From Octopus sinensis (lineage: Eukaryota): a stretch of DNA of 10,007 nucleotides. Position 1 is the first letter of the stretch. Each line of letters opens with the position of its first letter. Below, in pieces: positions 7,189 through 10,007 of this stretch. The stretch is taken from contig NW_021827731.1 of assembly GCF_006345805.1 (NCBI RefSeq), forward strand, positions 1-10,007, in the 5' to 3' direction. A model generated the notes under the pieces. It was given only the letters and a program-made list of their open reading frames with translations, ran no database searches and was not told where the DNA came from. The translations under genes and the position numbers were made by a program.

Positions 7189-7954
7189 CGTTATTATATA
7201 AAAAATTGAATGGTTGGCTTATTCGCAATTTGAACTATCTTCTGTATGGTGTGTCCTCAGAACCCTCACATAAACGTCTTCAATATTTTCTGAATCTGGC
7301 CGTTTGTTTGTTTGTTGCTTCATTAAATACTATCATTGGTTGTGTTTTCAACAGCTACCAATCTTTTAGACTCTCTATGTATTCGACCCCCGCCTCCCCT
7401 CGTTAACATAGAATTTATTTGTTGGCTTTTAGTTATTTACATACGGTAGTTATTAGTTATCAGTTATTATTTACACACGGTAATGATCTCTCTTTACATT
7501 ACCGCGACAATCAAACACTCAAGAAGAGTAAAAACTTGTTTGAGAGAGAGATTTCTCAAAGAGACTAGGAAACCCACAAACGCGGCTTATGTTATCTACC
7601 AAAGGGAAGTGCCTCAGCCCAAATGTTTTCGCAAATCTGAATTAATTTTTTAAAGAAATCTATCTTGCATAGGGTATTTAAATTATATTTGAAAAGAATT
7701 TCATTTTCATAATTACTAAAAATGTATATAATTGATAATTATTAGATTAATTTCCATGCATTGTAAAAATTTTGGCTGATAATAACTTATTAATATTTAA
7801 CAGTTAATAGTAATATATGTAGTTACATTTATTGAAAGAAAGAATTTCTTTTATTCTAAGAATATCTCATTGAATTTTAAGACATTGTTAGAGATAGGAT
7901 TGTACTGAATATAGATTATGCCCACAGTTTCTGCTATACTCACTTTTCAGCAAT

Positions 7955-8531
7955 TCGATGCGATTTGTCCAAGTCCACATTGGAACATTCGGATTACCTA
8001 GTCCGTACCTGTCAGACAACTGAAAACGTCTGAGCAGGTTTTTGAGGGTTTTGCAACCCACTCTTCTATCAGATAGTACCACGCAATCAAAACGTCCACC
8101 TAAGACAGCGTCCCAATCCCCTACAAACACTAAAGTCCGAGACGTTCCCAGAAAAACCTCGAGACATTTGAAGTAATCAGACCATCCTGCCTCTGTTGAA
8201 GCCATCAGTCTTAAGGCCCTGCCGTCACTGCTTATAACATCTAGGACCACGAACTTACCTTCAGGATCCAGGAAGATTGCCTTTATTTTCAAATCCAAAC
8301 CTTTTCGGAAAAGTACCGTAGAACCACCACAGCCTCCGACCGACAGACACGGAGAAAGAAAAATCTTGTATCCACCGAAAAGGCCTGTGGGGTCCCGCGA
8401 GTCGGGAAGTTTGGTTCACTAATGACTGCTATGTCTACACTAAGGGACTTTAGGTCATTTAAAAGATGACTTTTTTTCCAAGGCGACCCGAGTCCCCTGA
8501 CATTTATGCAACCTACTCTCAGCATCACCAT
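7955..8531 (-). pseudogene. LINE ORF2 apurinic-like endonuclease (APE) domain, frameshifted and 3'-truncated
   Basis: Joined frames give MVMLRVGCINVRGL...DIAVISE / TKLPDSRDPTGLFGGYKIFLSPCLSVGGCGGSTVLFRKGLDLKIKAIFLDPEGKFVVLDV...LVFVGDWDAVL...FQLSDRY...WTWTN. The NVRGL, SET, GG-x-VL, GDWN-like and WTW motifs are present. There is one frameshift near 8415, and the VYAP motif and the terminal LD/SDH motifs are missing. Confidence 0.9.
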
Positions 8532-9140
8532 GCTAAAAACAAATAATTAGGATGGAGAAGAAACTCTACTTACTCTTGTTGTCTGGTAGGGTGGCTCCCT
8601 TGTACTTTGGTGTGGGTGTGTATGCGAGGTTTTTGAATAATTTTTTGCGAATGTTTTTTTGAGCGACCCAACAGCTGGGAATTTTTGTTTTTATACTGTT
8701 GTAATTGTATTATGTGATTTTAAAATTTTGTATATGTGTTGGGAAGACAAAGTCTGTCATTGTGGTGTTTGTATTGTCTCTTAAGTATGTAATTACGTGT
8801 ATGTTGTTTGTATTTATGGCTGTGAGGTATGTAGTGCTTGTGGGGTCTGTTTGAGTTGATGTTGGTGTATCAGGTGGTAGTGCTGGTGAAGGTGTTGTTG
8901 TTGTTGACTGTTACGTGTGTGTGTGTTGCAACTATTGGGAAGTTCCGCTTCTTTACGCTTCCCCTTTTTTCCAATGTCTCTGTAGTCTTTTTCTTTGGGT
9001 GAAGGGGGTACTGAGCAACATTCTCCCCTCTCAACCTCAGTACTCGAGCAGTCCGAGTTATTTGGGTCGGGAAGGGAGATTTTCTCTGGGTTTTGGTCTT
9101 GTTAGAGTTCATTTGTTGTTGCTGCTGCTGCTGGTGTTAC

Positions 9141-9193
9141 TGGTGGTAGTGGTGGTGGTGGTGGTGGTGGTGGTGGTGGTGGTGGTGGTGGTG
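9141..9193. repeat. (GGT)n trinucleotide tract within LINE ORF1
   Basis: Read directly. It is (ACC)n on the coding strand. Confidence 0.95.
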
Positions 9194-9891
9194 GCGAAGT
9201 TACTGCCGCTGCTGCTGTTGTTAAGCAACAAGACGAGTAAGGGTGATTAGGTGGTGGTCTAGGGCTTAGGGGCGGGAGACCCCAGACCTTGGAAAAAAAA
9301 ACTTTGGTCCTCTTGTAGTCGAGAGCTCTTCGTTGATACCCGACACCACTGGGAGGTGGCCCTCGACGTCGCTGGAAATGAAGATCTCCAGGTCCAAATT
9401 CTTGAACGGCTGCTGCTGCTGGTACTCCAGTTGGTGTTGGTGGTGCCTTAATGACGGCTGGAGGTAGCGTCGCTGTTGCTGGTGGAAATGATGATGGCGT
9501 TGGTCATGCGGCAATCACTAGTTCCTGCTGCTGCTGTACTAGAAGTGCCTTCAGTGCGGGTGTCGGCAGAAGGGACTGGTTGCCTCTTCTTTTCTTTAGG
9601 CCAGGAGACCCTGAGGTGGCCTTGGTCACCACAAAAGTAACATCTAGGCCTCCTTCTCTCCCCACTGACGTGTAGCTTGCTGCAATCAGGTAGATTTATC
9701 GAGTCGGGGTTGGAAGTTATGCTCTGTTCAATTCGAACAAGGAGCTCTATCTCTTGACCCGACCAATTTTGTTGGCGCAATTTGTGCATCACCTGTATTG
9801 TGGCGGTGTCCTCTATGTCTAAGAGGGCAGCCTCTACCAGCCAGCATATATTTATTTCAGGGAGCACCTTCCCAATTTCAATATTCGTAAC

Positions 9892-9930
9892 GCGTTGGTG
9901 TTCATGGCGTTGGTGTCCATGGCGGTGGTG
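9892..9930. repeat. 15-bp tandem repeat (2.6 copies) in the ORF1 N-terminal region
   Basis: gcgttggtgttcatg, gcgttggtgtccatg and gcggtggtg. It encodes AMDTN-AMNTN in one minus-strand frame. Confidence 0.85.
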
Positions 9931-10007
9931 GCGTTCGAGGCGTTTTCTTGATTTTTTCCATTTCCATTTTCTGTGTTGATGGTGGTGCTGGTGCTGTTAC
10001 TGATGCT

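Larger units (their letters stand above)
7955..10007 (-). mobile_element. L1/Tx1-like LINE relic: ORF1 and the APE domain of ORF2, with no RT. It probably continues beyond the window end.
   Basis: A zinc-knuckle ORF1 is followed after a spacer of about 35 nt by an ORF2 that begins directly with an APE domain. This is the L1/Tx1 architecture. The clade call comes from architecture and motif style, not from a search. Confidence 0.85.
8566..10007 (-). pseudogene. LINE ORF1 (gag-like, single zinc knuckle, Thr/Ser/Gln-rich low-complexity segments), disrupted
   Basis: RVTNIEIGKVLPEINICWLVEAALL...LPDCSKLHVSGERRRPRCYFCGDQGHLRVSW contains C-x2-C-x4-H-x4-(C>W) at 9601-9642. The ORF is split over track ORFs 9448-9867, 9266-9514 and 8870-9112. 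A plausible C-terminus ...KYKGATLPDNKSK* ends at 8566. Confidence 0.7.

Noticed and set aside
8915-9250. Plus-strand ORF with a poly-Val/Leu hydrophobic stretch resembling a membrane protein
   Set aside because: It is the antisense of LINE ORF1 across the (GGT)n and (GCT)n tracts.
1-10007. CRISPR array or prokaryotic operon or defence system
   Set aside because: There are no regularly spaced 25-45 bp direct repeats with unique spacers and no gene-dense organisation. The content is eukaryotic repeat DNA.

Overview
AT-rich, microsatellite-saturated eukaryotic non-coding DNA. An octopod cephalopod origin is my inference from the repeat landscape and is not verified. I find no supportable intact host gene. 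The window is a patchwork of decayed mobile elements separated by (TA)n, (TATG)n, (TG)n and trinucleotide tracts. These are two tandem 3' fragments of R4/Dong-like RLE retrotransposons in a TAA/TGA tract (34-898), a decayed SINE (957-1128, -), a Neptune-like Penelope GIY-YIG fragment (about 3225-4152, -), a maT/DD37D-type Tc1/mariner relic (about 4710-5605, -), a full-length tRNA-derived SINE with an 11-bp TSD (6800-7188, +), and the ORF1 plus APE half of an L1/Tx1-like LINE (about 7955-10007, -). The best unannotated signal is a near-canonical 38-nt minimal type I hammerhead ribozyme on the minus strand at 2333-2370, with further decayed, co-oriented hammerhead-like motifs between it and the Penelope ORF. 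A second is a hairpin over the stop codon that keeps its pairing in both diverged Dong-like 3' ends. Most ORFs in the supplied track are microsatellite or antisense artefacts.
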